A stretch of 39,264 bases of DNA, from NCBI GenBank assembly GCA_964646045.1, contig CAZYAW010000162.1, positions 1-39,264 on the forward strand. Direction: 5' to 3'. Shown here piece by piece: positions 25,397 through 37,694 of this stretch. The DNA comes from an uncultured Victivallales bacterium. GTDB lineage: Bacteria > Verrucomicrobiota > Kiritimatiellia > UBA8416 > SLMC01. The notes beneath the pieces are model-generated. The model had not been told where the DNA came from. It did not search any database and saw only the letters and a list, made by a program, of their open reading frames with translations. The position numbers were made by a program, and so were the translations under genes. Numbering within the stretch: the stretch's first letter is position 1; every line of letters starts with the position of its first letter.

Positions 25397-26326
25397 TCAA
25401 CCGCCGGGAAATTCATGTTCATTTTCGTGTCCATGTTCGTCTTCGTGCTCATGCTCGTGTCCGTGTTCATGTCCACAGGCGCTGCGTTCCCTGTCAAGAC
25501 CGCCGATCAAATGCCGCCAGGCGGCGGAGGCCGGCAACGGGGACGGCCGACCGCTCTCCAGTCCGACCAGCCGCGCGCGAACTTCCCGACGATCGGGATA
25601 CATCTCCAGAATGGCGCGCCAGAGACGAACCGCGTCGACCGTCTGTCCGGCATGTTCATGCAGCAGCGCTCGATAGGTCAGGATATACGCCTTGGTTTGC
25701 CGCGCTTCGGGCTGATCGGGGTCCCGACCGCCCGGCCACAGCGCCAGCGCGTTGTCCAGCGCGCGCTCGGCGGCGGTCAGACGGCCCTCGCGCAGAAAAA
25801 GCAGCGCCTGCTCCAGGCGCAGGCGATCGCTGCGCGGGTTGCGCGCGAAGCCTTCGCGCAAGACCTCGTGGGCCCGGGCGACATCGTTCATGCCGACGGG
25901 CGAAGCCAGCCAGTGCGCGGCGACCTCGTAGGCCTCGATATTGTGCGGATCGGCCCGCAACGCCAGCCAGAACATGGGCGTCATTTCGGCGGCGGCTTCG
26001 CCGTCGCGGTGGATATGCCCCTGCGGGCGCAGGCGCTTGCGCAACGAGCGGGCCCACGTGCGGCGCCAGTGCGTATCGTCGTGCCGCCCGCTGCCGCCCG
26101 CATGAAAGTACTGATCGCCCATTACGAGGAAACGGGAACCGAGCGCCACGCGGCCGGCGCCCAACATGCGCCCCGCGAGCGACCGGTCGCGCGACGGTTC
26201 GGCATTCCGCCGCAGCAGGGCGCTGTTCGCGTAGCTCGATAGAATAGCCGTCGCGCTGCCCAGCGCATAGAGCAGCAGCCAGGGTCCGGCCCGACGCAGA
26301 CCGGCGGACGGAGCGTATCGCTTCAT
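25397..26326 (-). CDS. Membrane-anchored TPR protein with His/Glu-rich C-terminal tail
   Basis: N-terminal TM; DQYFHAG; DPHNIEAYEVAAHWL; TPR-like helices; tail CGHEHGHEHEHEDEHGHENEHE. Confidence 0.7.
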   Translation of the reverse strand: MKRYAPSAGLRRAGPWLLLYALGSATAILSSYANSALLRRNAEPSRDRSLAGRMLGAGRVALGSRFLVMGDQYFHAGGSGRHDDTHWRRTWARSLRKRLRPQGHIHRDGEAAAEMTPMFWLALRADPHNIEAYEVAAHWLASPVGMNDVARAHEVLREGFARNPRSDRLRLEQALLFLREGRLTAAERALDNALALWPGGRDPDQPEARQTKAYILTYRALLHEHAGQTVDAVRLWRAILEMYPDRREVRARLVGLESGRPSPLPASAAWRHLIGGLDRERSACGHEHGHEHEHEDEHGHENEHEFPGG

Positions 26327-27120
26327 GCCACGTTCTCCCGTGAAAACCGTTTGCGCCGATAGGCCAGCCAGGCGGCCGTCAGCGCGAAGACCGTATAGAC
26401 AAAGCCGTACAGCCACGCCAGCGCCGCCGCTTCGCCTTCCGCCGGACCCCAGTCGTGCACGACGCGCTGACGCAAATCGAACAGCTCCAGATGCGGCAGC
26501 AGATGATACACCGCCGTCAACAGCACGCCCGCCCCGCCCTCGGTCTCGGCCATCAGGGCCGGCAGGCGCGGCAGCAGCAGGTAGGCTCCGAGTGTCAGCG
26601 CATAGGCCAGCGAGGCGGCGGCGTCCTGATGCAGGCGGGTCGAGAACAAGGTGCCGACGGCGCACAAAACGGCCAGGGCGGCGGTGTGCAGCAGGTAGGC
26701 CTGCCCAAGAGCGACGAACCCGATGGCGGTCGGTCCGCCGCGCGCCAGCGCCACGCCGGCGACCAGAGCGTAGAAAACGAGCGTGGCCCCGCACACCGCG
26801 ATCCAGGCGCCCAGCCATTTGCCGATCACCAGCTCGCCGCGCGTCACCGGTTTCGCCATCAGGGCGTACACGGTGCCCTGCCGCTCCTCCTGCGGCAGGC
26901 CGCGACACGAAACGTGTACGGCCAGAATCCAGCCGAAAATCCAGGCCAGCAAAAATCCGACATCCTTGACATACACCGTCAGCCCGCCCAGCCCGAAGAT
27001 ATTCAGTCCCGCCAGCGCCAACAGCAGCGCGCCCAGCAGAATCAGCAGCACATAGACGTCCTTGCGCCGCAGCATCTCCAGCCATGCGATGCGTGCCAGA
27101 CATAGAATGCGTGTGATCAT
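26323..27120 (-). CDS. ABC-2 type transporter permease (PilI/NosY-like)
   Basis: [30 protein letters not shown]; [11 protein letters not shown]; multiple TM helices. Confidence 0.85.
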   Translation of the reverse strand: MITRILCLARIAWLEMLRRKDVYVLLILLGALLLALAGLNIFGLGGLTVYVKDVGFLLAWIFGWILAVHVSCRGLPQEERQGTVYALMAKPVTRGELVIGKWLGAWIAVCGATLVFYALVAGVALARGGPTAIGFVALGQAYLLHTAALAVLCAVGTLFSTRLHQDAAASLAYALTLGAYLLLPRLPALMAETEGGAGVLLTAVYHLLPHLELFDLRQRVVHDWGPAEGEAAALAWLYGFVYTVFALTAAWLAYRRKRFSRENVA

Positions 27121-27854
27121 GGGCGATCGACCTCGCTCACCGTTCGCATGAAAAAGCGTTCCAGACTCTCGCCGGTCGCGACCATATCGGCGATGCGGCC
27201 CTCCGCGACCAGTCGGCCGCGGGCCAGCATGGCGATACGGTCGCATACCAGTTCCACTTCCGACAGCTCGTGCGACGAGAAAAAAACGGTTTTGCCTTCG
27301 TCGCGCAGACGGGCGATCAATTTGCGCACCTCCAGACGGCCGAACGGATCCAGTCCGCCGGTCGGCTCGTCGAGAATGACCAGATCGGGATCGTTGATCA
27401 GCGCCTGCGCCAGGCAAATACGTTGCAGCATGCCTTTCGAGTAGGTCCCGATCTTACGGTCGGCGGCCGCCTCGATATCGACTTGTCGCAGGGTGGCGCC
27501 GACACGCGCGCGCAAGACGTCGCGCCGTATGCGGAAAAGCCGTCCGGTCAACGTCAACAGCTCGCGGCCGGTCAGAAAGCGATAGGTGTCGGGATGTTCG
27601 GGCAGGTATCCGATGCGGGCGCGGGCGGACGGACGGCGGGCGTCGCGCCCGAAAATGCGGGCATGTCCCGCCTGCGCTTCGACCAGGCCCAGCAGCACAT
27701 GCATGGCGGTAGTCTTGCCGGCGCCATTGGGACCGATGAAGCCCAGCGCCTCGCCGCGCCCCACGCGCAGGGTCAGGCCCTCCAGCGCCGTAACCCATTG
27801 ACCGCGGACCGGATAACGCACGGTCAGCTCGGAAATGTCGATCGCCCATTCCAT
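27117..27854 (-). CDS. ABC transporter ATP-binding protein (PilH/CcmA-like)
   Basis: [42 protein letters not shown]. Confidence 0.92.
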   Translation of the reverse strand: MEWAIDISELTVRYPVRGQWVTALEGLTLRVGRGEALGFIGPNGAGKTTAMHVLLGLVEAQAGHARIFGRDARRPSARARIGYLPEHPDTYRFLTGRELLTLTGRLFRIRRDVLRARVGATLRQVDIEAAADRKIGTYSKGMLQRICLAQALINDPDLVILDEPTGGLDPFGRLEVRKLIARLRDEGKTVFFSSHELSEVELVCDRIAMLARGRLVAEGRIADMVATGESLERFFMRTVSEVDRP

Positions 27855-27863
27855 AGTGACCCT

Positions 27864-27892
27864 AACCTACGGCTGGTCCGCAAAGAAATCAA
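27864..27892 (-). promoter_or_regulatory. Putative sigma70 promoter for the ABC-TPR-exeAB-tsaE operon
   Basis: TTGATT-17 nt-TAGGTT, ending 9 nt before the ATG. Confidence 0.45.
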
Positions 27893-28178
27893 GCGCCAAA
27901 AAATCCCCGCAACCGGTGCGGCTTCCGGCCATTCTTCTTTTGGCCCGCCGGATTTGTCCGGCCTCCGTTTGTCGGTGTCCTATTCCAGGCGCTGATTGAC
28001 GCCTACCTCGGACGGGAACGCGCCCTGGTTCGAGATGCGCCGGTGCGGCGACCAGAGCATCTGGCTCTCGAACCGGAAGTGCATCCCCTGCGACACGCGC
28101 ACTGCGACTTGATCCTTGTCCTTCACACAGGCGGCCTGATCGTCCTTTCCGTCCCGCACCAGCGTTTGCTTATCGTCT

Positions 28179-28925
28179 TCATGACAGCAGCAGCCGTATG
28201 GCGGCCAGCACGGCGAGAAATTCGACGGCCCAGGTGAATTTGCGCTGCGGAATACGATGCAAGAACGCGATTCCCGCCAGCGCGCCCGCCACGACCAGCG
28301 GCAGGGCCAGCGCGTTTAGCATGAGCGATTCCCGATGGATCAGGCCGAGATTCGCGCTGAAAGGGAGTTTAAAAAGGTTGAGCAGAAAAAAATACCATGC
28401 GCCGGTGCCGACAAAGGACTCCTTGGGCAGGCGCATGGCGAGAAAATAGACGATCATGATCGGGCCGGCCGCATTGGCCATCATCGTGGTGATTCCGGCC
28501 ACCAGCCCGACGGCGCCCGCCAGCCACCAGGTGCGCGGCACTATGGCGTCCGGTCTTTCGACGCGCCGCCGCCAGTGATTGAGGCCGAGCATGAGCAGCA
28601 CGATGGCGCCGATGAGGGGCATCAGTTGCGCATCGCCGATGCGGCCCAGCCAGACAGACCCGATCACCACGCCCAGCGCCGCCCACGGGATCAGATGGAT
28701 CAGATGCGAAACATCCGCTTTGCGTCGATAATAGGATACCGCTACCAAATCGGCGCACACCAGCATGGGCAACACCAGTCCGGTAGAGGCTTTGGCGGAA
28801 AAACACTGAGCCAACAGGGGAATGGCGACGATGGTCGCGCCCGGCAGTCCCGTTTTGGAAAGTCCGATGGCCAGTGCGCTGCCGGCCAGCACAAACCATT
28901 GTGTCAGGGAAAGTTCGGGGATCAT
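28179..28925 (-). CDS. Sulfite exporter TauE/SafE (TSUP) family protein
   Basis: IGLSKTGLPG, STGLVLPML, TTMMANAAGPIM, FVGTGAWYF..NLFKLPF. Confidence 0.85.
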   Translation of the reverse strand: MIPELSLTQWFVLAGSALAIGLSKTGLPGATIVAIPLLAQCFSAKASTGLVLPMLVCADLVAVSYYRRKADVSHLIHLIPWAALGVVIGSVWLGRIGDAQLMPLIGAIVLLMLGLNHWRRRVERPDAIVPRTWWLAGAVGLVAGITTMMANAAGPIMIVYFLAMRLPKESFVGTGAWYFFLLNLFKLPFSANLGLIHRESLMLNALALPLVVAGALAGIAFLHRIPQRKFTWAVEFLAVLAAIRLLLS

Positions 28926-28944
28926 GGCGCCGGGGTCGTCCCGC

Positions 28945-29874
28945 TCACGGATTCCGGGATGGCAGCAGTTCGGCGAGACCGGCGCGAATGTCGGTGACAG
29001 GCTCGTAGCCCATGCGGGTGCGAGCCAGCGTGAGATCGGCCAGCGAATGCCGAATGTCGCCGGGCCGTTCCGGCTTGAAAACCGTCTCGAAAGAGCGGCC
29101 GGTCAAATCGCGCAGAACTTCCAGCAGATCGAGCAGTGAAACCGCGCGCGCCGTGCCGATGTTGACGACTTCGCCGTCGCCCAGAGCGGGCGCTTCCATC
29201 GCCAGCAAATTGGCGCGTACGACATCGCGCACGAACACGAAATCGCGGGTCTGGCCGCCGTCGCCGAAAACGCAGGGATTTTGCCCCTGCGCGACGGTAT
29301 CGACAAATTTGGAGATGACTCCCGAATACATCGAACTCGGATCCTGGCGCGGACCGTACACGTTGAAATAGCGCAGCGCCACCGTGGACAGTCCGTACAG
29401 ACGCGCGAAGACGCGCAGGTAATACTCGCCCGTCACCTTGGCCAGGCCGTAGGGAGATTCCGGTTCGGGCCGCATGGATTCGGTTTTGGGCAATTGCGGA
29501 TTGTTGCCGTAGGCCGCCGCGCTGGCGGCCATGACGAGGCGTTCGACGCCGCATTGGCGCGCGGCCATCAGGACGTTGAGAGTGCCGGTCACATTGATTT
29601 CGTGATTGTCCAGCGGGCGTTCCACCGAATCGAACACCGAAACCAGCGCCGCCTCGTGAAAGACGCGCCCGACGCCCCGCATGGCTTCCGTCAGCGCCGC
29701 GCCGTCGCGAATGTCGCCGCGGATGAACTGGACGTGCCGGCGGAAGGACGCGATATTGCGTTCGTAGCCGGAGGAAAGATTGTCGAACACGACCACCTCG
29801 GCGCCCTGCTCGACCAGGGCCTCGGCGATATGCGAACCGATGAAGCCGCATCCGCCTGTCACGAGAGTTTTCAT
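28945..29874 (-). CDS. NAD-dependent epimerase/dehydratase (UDP-Glc/GlcNAc 4-epimerase-like extended SDR)
   Basis: TGGCGFIGSH, HEAALVSV, SPYGLAK (YxxxK), RYFNVYGPRQDP, GDGGQTRDF. Confidence 0.9.
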   Translation of the reverse strand: MKTLVTGGCGFIGSHIAEALVEQGAEVVVFDNLSSGYERNIASFRRHVQFIRGDIRDGAALTEAMRGVGRVFHEAALVSVFDSVERPLDNHEINVTGTLNVLMAARQCGVERLVMAASAAAYGNNPQLPKTESMRPEPESPYGLAKVTGEYYLRVFARLYGLSTVALRYFNVYGPRQDPSSMYSGVISKFVDTVAQGQNPCVFGDGGQTRDFVFVRDVVRANLLAMEAPALGDGEVVNIGTARAVSLLDLLEVLRDLTGRSFETVFKPERPGDIRHSLADLTLARTRMGYEPVTDIRAGLAELLPSRNP

Positions 29875-29886
29875 GCGGAATCCTTT

Positions 29887-31602
29887 TCAGGTGTATTTGA
29901 TGACTTCCTCGACGGTGGTATGGCCGTCGAGCAGGTTGCGGATGCCGTCTTCGCGCAATGTGCGCATGCCCAGCTCTATGGCGCGGTTGCGAATGGACAG
30001 CGTGGGCTGACGATCGTTGACCAGCATGCGGACGGGTTCGCTCATGGCCAGATACTCGTAGATGCCGCGGCGCCCGAAATAGCCGTTCGAGCTGCAACGC
30101 GGGCAGCCGGCTCCGTAGTGGAACATGCGGTCGCCGACATCTTCTTCCGTCAAGTTGAGCTGTTGCAGGATTTCCTCGTCGGGCTTGTAGGCCTGCTTGC
30201 ACTGGTCGCAGATCACGCGCACCAGACGCTGGGCCAGGATGGCCTCGACGGTCGAGGAAATCAGGTAGGGCTCCACGCCCATGTCGATCAGTCGTGTAAT
30301 GCCGCCGGCGGCGTCGTTGGTGTGCAGCGTACTGAAGACGAGATGGCCGGTCAACGCGGCCTGTACGGCGGTTTGCGCGGTTTCCAGATCGCGGATTTCG
30401 CCGACCATCATGACATCCGGATCCTGCCGCAGGAACGCCCGCAGCACCTTGGCGAAGGTGTTGCCCGTGGCGTGTACAATGGGTACCTGTACAATACCTT
30501 CTATTTCGTATTCCACGGGATCTTCGGCGGTGAGCACCTTGCGTTCCGTCTTGTTGAGGCGGCGCAACCCGGAATAGAGCGTCGTGGTCTTGCCGGATCC
30601 GGTCGGACCGGTTACGATGACAATGCCGTTCGGCTTGGTGATGTCGCGCAGATAGCTTTCGCGCACGTCGTCGGGCATGCCGAGGTTCTCGATGTCGAGC
30701 GAAACGACGCTTTTGTCGAGAACGCGCAGCACTACGCTTTCGCCGAACTGGGTGGGCAGGGTGGAGACGCGCATATCGATGAGGCGTCCGCCGATGGAGA
30801 GCTGGATCCGTCCGTCCTGAGGCAGGCGCCGTTCGGCAATGTTGAGGTTGGCCAGAACCTTGATGCGCGAAATAATCGGCAGCGCCAGTCTTTTGGGGGG
30901 CGGCATCATCTCGTAGAGGGCGCCGTCCACGCGATAGCGAATCTTGAACTCCTTCTCGAAGGGCTCGAAATGAATGTCCGACGCCCGGTCGTTGACCGCC
31001 TGATAGAGCACCAGATGGACGAAGCGGATGACCGGCGTGGATCCGGCGGCCTCTTCCAGCGACTTGACGTTCTCCTCCTCGTCCGCCAGCGCCGGCATGG
31101 CTCCGCTGTCGAATTCCGATTCCATGGCCAAAAGCATCTCCTTGACCGTTTCGCTGTCGTCGCCGTAGAACTGGTTGATATAGGTCGTGACATCCTCTTC
31201 CCTGGCCAGTACGAACGACACGTCGCGCGAAAGCACGAAGGCCAGTTCGTCCATGATCTGGGGGCTGATCCAATCGTACACGGCCAGCTCCACGCTGTTG
31301 GTCGTCGCCGCGACCGGCACGGCGTTGTACATGCGCGCCACGCTGGCCGGTACGGCGCGGACCACGTCGGTCGGAATGTCCGTGGCCGGCAAGTTGACCA
31401 CGCGAGATCCCAGATGCTCCGCGATGACGCCGAGCAGATCGGCTTCCGGCGTCAGCCCCATGTCGAGCAGGATATTGCGCACCGGTTTGCCGGTATCCTG
31501 TCGCTCTTTCTCGATTTCCGCAGCCTGTTCGGGCGAAACCAGATCCTTCTCCGCCACAAGCTGGAGGAGCCCGTCGCTGTAGTGTGTCTCTTCGTTCGCC
31601 AT
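29887..31602 (-). CDS. pilB: GspE/PilB family secretion/pilus extension ATPase (copy 2)
   Basis: [48 protein letters not shown], CxxC...CxxC. Confidence 0.85.
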   Translation of the reverse strand: MANEETHYSDGLLQLVAEKDLVSPEQAAEIEKERQDTGKPVRNILLDMGLTPEADLLGVIAEHLGSRVVNLPATDIPTDVVRAVPASVARMYNAVPVAATTNSVELAVYDWISPQIMDELAFVLSRDVSFVLAREEDVTTYINQFYGDDSETVKEMLLAMESEFDSGAMPALADEEENVKSLEEAAGSTPVIRFVHLVLYQAVNDRASDIHFEPFEKEFKIRYRVDGALYEMMPPPKRLALPIISRIKVLANLNIAERRLPQDGRIQLSIGGRLIDMRVSTLPTQFGESVVLRVLDKSVVSLDIENLGMPDDVRESYLRDITKPNGIVIVTGPTGSGKTTTLYSGLRRLNKTERKVLTAEDPVEYEIEGIVQVPIVHATGNTFAKVLRAFLRQDPDVMMVGEIRDLETAQTAVQAALTGHLVFSTLHTNDAAGGITRLIDMGVEPYLISSTVEAILAQRLVRVICDQCKQAYKPDEEILQQLNLTEEDVGDRMFHYGAGCPRCSSNGYFGRRGIYEYLAMSEPVRMLVNDRQPTLSIRNRAIELGMRTLREDGIRNLLDGHTTVEEVIKYT

Positions 31603-31617
31603 AGGTCTGCCCCCGCT

Positions 31618-32715
31618 TTAGCGTTTTTTGGTCGCGGCCTGTTCCTGCAGTTTTTGCACGATCGCGCCGGGATCCTGAGCTTTGGTGATCAGATCCTCGT
31701 AGTGAATTTCACCTTCCTGATACAGCGCCATCAGGTGGGCGTCGAGGGTGATCATGCCATGTTTGGCGCCGGTCTGAATGTCGGAAGTGATGCGAAAGGT
31801 CTTGTTGTCGCGGATGAGCGACTGAATGGCCGGCGTACTGATCATGATCTCGAAGGCCGCCACCCGGCCCTTGCGACTGGCTCGCACCAGCAGCAACTGC
31901 GAAATCACCGCCACAATGCCGACGGAGAGCTGGGTGCGGATCTGACTCTGCTGACTGGTGGGAAAGGAATCCACGATGCGGTCGACGGTGCGGGCGGCGC
32001 CGGTGGTGTGCAGGGTCGCGAACACCAGATGGCCGGTTTCGGCCGCCGTAATGGCCGCTTCCATGGTTTCCAGATCGCGCATTTCACCCACCAGAATGAC
32101 ATCCGGATCCTGTCGCAGAGCGCGCTTGAGCGCCTCCTTGAACGAGGGCACGTCCACGCCGACCTCGCGCTGGGTGATAATGGATTTGTTGTGGGAGTGG
32201 TAGTATTCGATGGGATCTTCGACCGTGATGATATGGCAGTCGCGCTCCTGGTTGATGACGTTGATCATGCTGGCCAGCGTGGTGGACTTGCCGCTGCCGG
32301 TCGGACCGGTCAGCAGGATCAGACCGCGCGGACGAAACAGCAGTTCCTTGATCTGGGGCGGCAGCCCGATTTCTTCGAGCGTCATCAGGTCGTTGGGGAT
32401 CTGTCGCAAAACCAGACCCACGTCGCCCTTTTGCCGGAAGGCGCTGACGCGAAAGCGAGCCTGCTTACCGAAGCCGAAGCCGAAATCGGTGCCGCCCTGT
32501 TCGCGAATGCGCTGCTGGTGATCGGGCGAAGTGATGCTTTTCATCAGGCGCTCGGTGTCCTCCCCGGTGAGGGGCGGCGCGTCAATGGGCGACAGGCCGC
32601 CGTGAATGCGCAACATGGGCGGATCGCCCACGGCCAGATGGAGATCCGACGCGCCTTCATCCACGCACAACTGCAGCAGCTCGTTCATCTCGACCTTAAT
32701 ATCTGCTTCGGTCAT
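31618..32715 (-). CDS. pilT: Type IV pilus retraction ATPase PilT
   Basis: [61 protein letters not shown] (AIRNLIRE-like). Confidence 0.93.
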   Translation of the reverse strand: MTEADIKVEMNELLQLCVDEGASDLHLAVGDPPMLRIHGGLSPIDAPPLTGEDTERLMKSITSPDHQQRIREQGGTDFGFGFGKQARFRVSAFRQKGDVGLVLRQIPNDLMTLEEIGLPPQIKELLFRPRGLILLTGPTGSGKSTTLASMINVINQERDCHIITVEDPIEYYHSHNKSIITQREVGVDVPSFKEALKRALRQDPDVILVGEMRDLETMEAAITAAETGHLVFATLHTTGAARTVDRIVDSFPTSQQSQIRTQLSVGIVAVISQLLLVRASRKGRVAAFEIMISTPAIQSLIRDNKTFRITSDIQTGAKHGMITLDAHLMALYQEGEIHYEDLITKAQDPGAIVQKLQEQAATKKR

Positions 32716-34421
32716 CAGTTCTGATCTCCCATGGTTACACGCAACACTTCTTCCACGGTGGTAATGCCGGCCATCACTTTGCGCAAACCGTCTTCGCGCA
32801 GCGTTCGCATACCCATTTCGCGAGCGCGTTCGCGCAAAACACTGGTGGGCACCTTGTCGAAGATCATTTTCTGAATTTCGTCGGTCACCTGGAAGATCTC
32901 GAAAATGCCCTTCCGTTTCGAGTACCCGGTCAGCGAACACTGGGTGCAGCCCCGTCCGGAAAACAATTGCGTGCCGGCAAACTGCCCGGCCATGCTGCCC
33001 AGCAAGGTCAATTCGGTCTCCGTAGGTTCACGCGGCTCTTTGCAGCTCTCGCAGATGCAGCGCACCAGTCGTTGCGACATGGAAGCGCGCAGCGACGAGG
33101 AAACCAAAAACGGCTTGACCCCGATATCCAGGAGACGGGTAACCGCGCTGGGCGCGTCGTTGGTATGCAGGGTGCTGAACACCAGATGTCCGGTCAGAGC
33201 GGTTTCAATGGCGATTTGCGCCGTTTCCAGATCGCGAATTTCTCCGATCATCACCACGTTGGGAGCCTGGCGCAGGATCGCGCGCAAGGCGGCCCCGAAA
33301 GTCAGTCCGATATCTTCGCGCACCTGCACCTGATTGACGCCGGAAAGCTGGTATTCCACGGGGTTTTCCACGGTAATGATCTTGACGTCGGGCCGGTTGA
33401 TCTGTTGCAGGCAGGCGTAGAGCGTAGTGGTTTTGCCGGATCCGGTCGGGCCGGTGACCAGCAGAATCTTGTCGGACGAGCCGATCAGCCGCTCGAAGGT
33501 TTGCTGGTCGTCGGCGAAAAAGCCGAGCGCCGGCAGACCCAGGGCCAGACTTTGCTTGTCCAGGATACGCATGACCACCGACTCGCCCCGACTGGAAGGC
33601 ACGGTGCTGACGCGCAAATCCAGTTCCCGTCCCTGAAAATTGACCTGAATGCGGCCGTCCTGCGGGATACGCTTTTCCGAGATTTTCATGTTGGCCATGA
33701 TTTTGAGGCGGCTGATGATGGCGGCCTGCAGGCGCTTGGGCGGACTGTCCACCTCGTGCAGAACGCCGTCGATGCGGTAGCGTATGCGGAAACGCGTCTC
33801 CAGCGGTTCGAGATGGATGTCGGAAGCATGATGGCGATAGGCCTGCAGGATGATCATGGTTACAAGCTTGATGATGGTTCCGTCGGTATCGTTGGAATCC
33901 TCTTGCAGGAGCGATTCCGCCCCGCTCATGGCGACATCGATATCCCGGTCGTCCACCTCTTCCAGCATGTCTTCCATGCTGGCTTCGCTGGCGTAGTAGG
34001 TGTCGAGCGCCACTTTGATTTCGTCGCGGGGCGCAATGACGCATTCGACATGGCACTTCAAGAGATGGCGCAGAGCGTCCACCGTGTCGAAATCCAGCGG
34101 ATCGCTGACCGCCACGGTCAGAGAATCCTCGTTGCGAATGACCGGGACGACTTTGTAGCGCCGTGCAATCTCCACCGGAATGCTGTCGCGCAGTTCGGGC
34201 TCGATTTTAAAGTCCTTGAGACTGATCGTGTTGAGACCGAGCTGTTCGGCCAGAACGCCCAGCACGTCGTTTTCTTCCAGCACGCCTTCGCGCACGAGCC
34301 AGTCCACGGCGCTCGCGCCGCTCTGGCCGCCCACCTGCTTGCTTGCGTGATCGGCCTGATGCGGGTCGACCACGCCTTGCTCCAGCAGCAATTCAAGAAC
34401 ATACTGATCGTTGGATGTCAC
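32715..34421 (-). CDS. pilB: GspE/PilB family secretion/pilus extension ATPase (copy 1)
   Basis: [43 protein letters not shown], tetra-Cys; GTG start overlaps the gatB stop. Confidence 0.85.
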   Translation of the reverse strand: MTSNDQYVLELLLEQGVVDPHQADHASKQVGGQSGASAVDWLVREGVLEENDVLGVLAEQLGLNTISLKDFKIEPELRDSIPVEIARRYKVVPVIRNEDSLTVAVSDPLDFDTVDALRHLLKCHVECVIAPRDEIKVALDTYYASEASMEDMLEEVDDRDIDVAMSGAESLLQEDSNDTDGTIIKLVTMIILQAYRHHASDIHLEPLETRFRIRYRIDGVLHEVDSPPKRLQAAIISRLKIMANMKISEKRIPQDGRIQVNFQGRELDLRVSTVPSSRGESVVMRILDKQSLALGLPALGFFADDQQTFERLIGSSDKILLVTGPTGSGKTTTLYACLQQINRPDVKIITVENPVEYQLSGVNQVQVREDIGLTFGAALRAILRQAPNVVMIGEIRDLETAQIAIETALTGHLVFSTLHTNDAPSAVTRLLDIGVKPFLVSSSLRASMSQRLVRCICESCKEPREPTETELTLLGSMAGQFAGTQLFSGRGCTQCSLTGYSKRKGIFEIFQVTDEIQKMIFDKVPTSVLRERAREMGMRTLREDGLRKVMAGITTVEEVLRVTMGDQN

Positions 34422-35877
34422 GGATTCCTCCGTTCTTCTTGCGTTTCGTTATCCAGAAGGGCGCGCAGGGCGGCAGCGGCGCTGCGCGGATTGGCTCGTC
34501 CCCGACTGATGCGCATGATCTGGCCGACAAGGTGCTGCAAGGCCGCCTGCTTCCCGGCGCGGTAGTCGGCGGCGGATTTTTCGTTGTCGGCGACGGCGCG
34601 CCGCGCCATCTCTTCCATTTCGGAGTCGCCGCTAAGCTGTCCCCATCCGCGTTCGCGCACAAGCGTCGCCGGGTCGCCGCCGTTCTCGAACAGCTCCCCG
34701 AACAGCGCTTTGGCGGTGGGCATGTTGATCGCGCCCTCGTCCACCAGGCGCACGAGAGCCGCCAAGGCGGTCGGTTCCAGAGGAATGGCGGCGATGGCAC
34801 GGCCGCCCTCGGCCAGTTTGGCCAGCATTTCGGTCATCATCCAGTTCGAGACCGCCTTGGCATTGGAGGAGGCGCCCGCGGCCTGTTCAAAGTAGTCGGC
34901 CACGTCCTTTTCGGCGCAGAGCACGCCGCTGTCGTAGGCCGGCAGGCCGTACTCGGCCTCAAAGCGCCGGCGGCGGGCGCGCGGCGCCTCGGGAACCTGT
35001 TGTTGCCAGGCGTCAAGCTGCTCGCGCGCGATGACGACCGGCATGAGGTCGGGTTCCGGGAAATAGCGGTAGTCGTGAGCCTCTTCCTTGCTGCGCATGG
35101 CGGAGGTCGTGCCCGCATCCGGATCCCAGCGCCGCGTTTCCATGGCCACCCGTTCGCCGCCGTCCAGCGCCGCCGTCTGGCGCCGAATCTCGTAACGCAG
35201 GGCGGCCACCACGCCCTTGACGGTGTTCAGGTTCTTGAGTTCCGCCTTGGCCCCCAGTTGCGTTCGACCGCGCGGACGCAGGCTGCAGTTGACGTCGCAG
35301 CGAATGTTGCCGCACTCCATGTTGCCCTCGCTGACGCCCGCGTAGCGCACGATTTGCCGCAAGGTTTGCAGGAACGCTTCGGCCTCCTCGGGCGAGCGGA
35401 TGACCGGTTCGGTGACGATTTCCATGAGCGGCACGCCCGCGCGATTGAAATCCACGCCGCTCGTTTCGGCAAAATGCATGCTTTTGCCGACATCCTCTTC
35501 CAGATGAATACGCGTCAGCGCAATGCTCTTTTCGCCGCCCTGCCAATCGATGACGACGGCGCCGCCGACGCAGAAGGGCTGATCGTACTGGGAAATCTGG
35601 TAGTTCTTGGGCATGTCCGGGTAAAAGTAGCTTTTGCGGTCGAACTTGCTGCGGGACGGCACGGTCGAGCCGAGCATCAGTCCGGTGCGTACGGTCCATT
35701 CGATCGCCTGGCGGTTCATCACGGGCATGGCGCCCGGATAGCCCAGGCAGACCGGGCACACATGCGTGTTGGGCGGATCGCCGAATTCGGCGCTGCAGGC
35801 GCAAAACATCTTGCTGCGCGTCTTGAGCTGCACATGCACTTCCAGTCCGATACAAGCTTCGTATTCCATAGCGGCTT

Positions 35878-35881
<4 letters not shown>
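34418..35881 (-). CDS. gatB: Asp-tRNA(Asn)/Glu-tRNA(Gln) amidotransferase subunit B
   Basis: IGLEVHVQLKT, FDRKSYFYPD, RIHLEEDVGK, DFNRAGVPLMEIV, DYRYFPEPDL. Confidence 0.96.
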
Positions 35882-37365
<1,484 letters not shown>

Positions 37366-37371
37366 AAGGGG

Positions 37372-37680
37372 TCACTCCACGATGCGGGGAACCGAAAATT
37401 GACCATTAACCGCCTGCGGCGCGTTGGCCAGCGCGCTCTCGCGGTCGAGTCCCTTTTGCGGGACGTCCTCCCGCAGAACATTCTCCAGCGGATGCGAATG
37501 GGACGTCGGCTCGATACCGGTCAGGTCCAGCTCGCCGATTTTTCGCACGAAGCCGACAATTTCGGCCATCTGTTCGCGAAACACATCCGCTTCGTCGTCG
37601 GTCAGAGCCAGTCGCGCCAGGTGCGCCGTATGGCGCACATCCATGGATTCCGCCGCCTTGTCTTTGCCTGTGTCATGCAT
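37372..37680 (-). CDS. gatC: Amidotransferase subunit C
   Basis: VRHTAHLARL, EPTSH, NVLRED, LANAP, FSVPRIVE. Confidence 0.92.
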   Translation of the reverse strand: MHDTGKDKAAESMDVRHTAHLARLALTDDEADVFREQMAEIVGFVRKIGELDLTGIEPTSHSHPLENVLREDVPQKGLDRESALANAPQAVNGQFSVPRIVE

Positions 37681-37694
37681 AAACAGATACCGGT

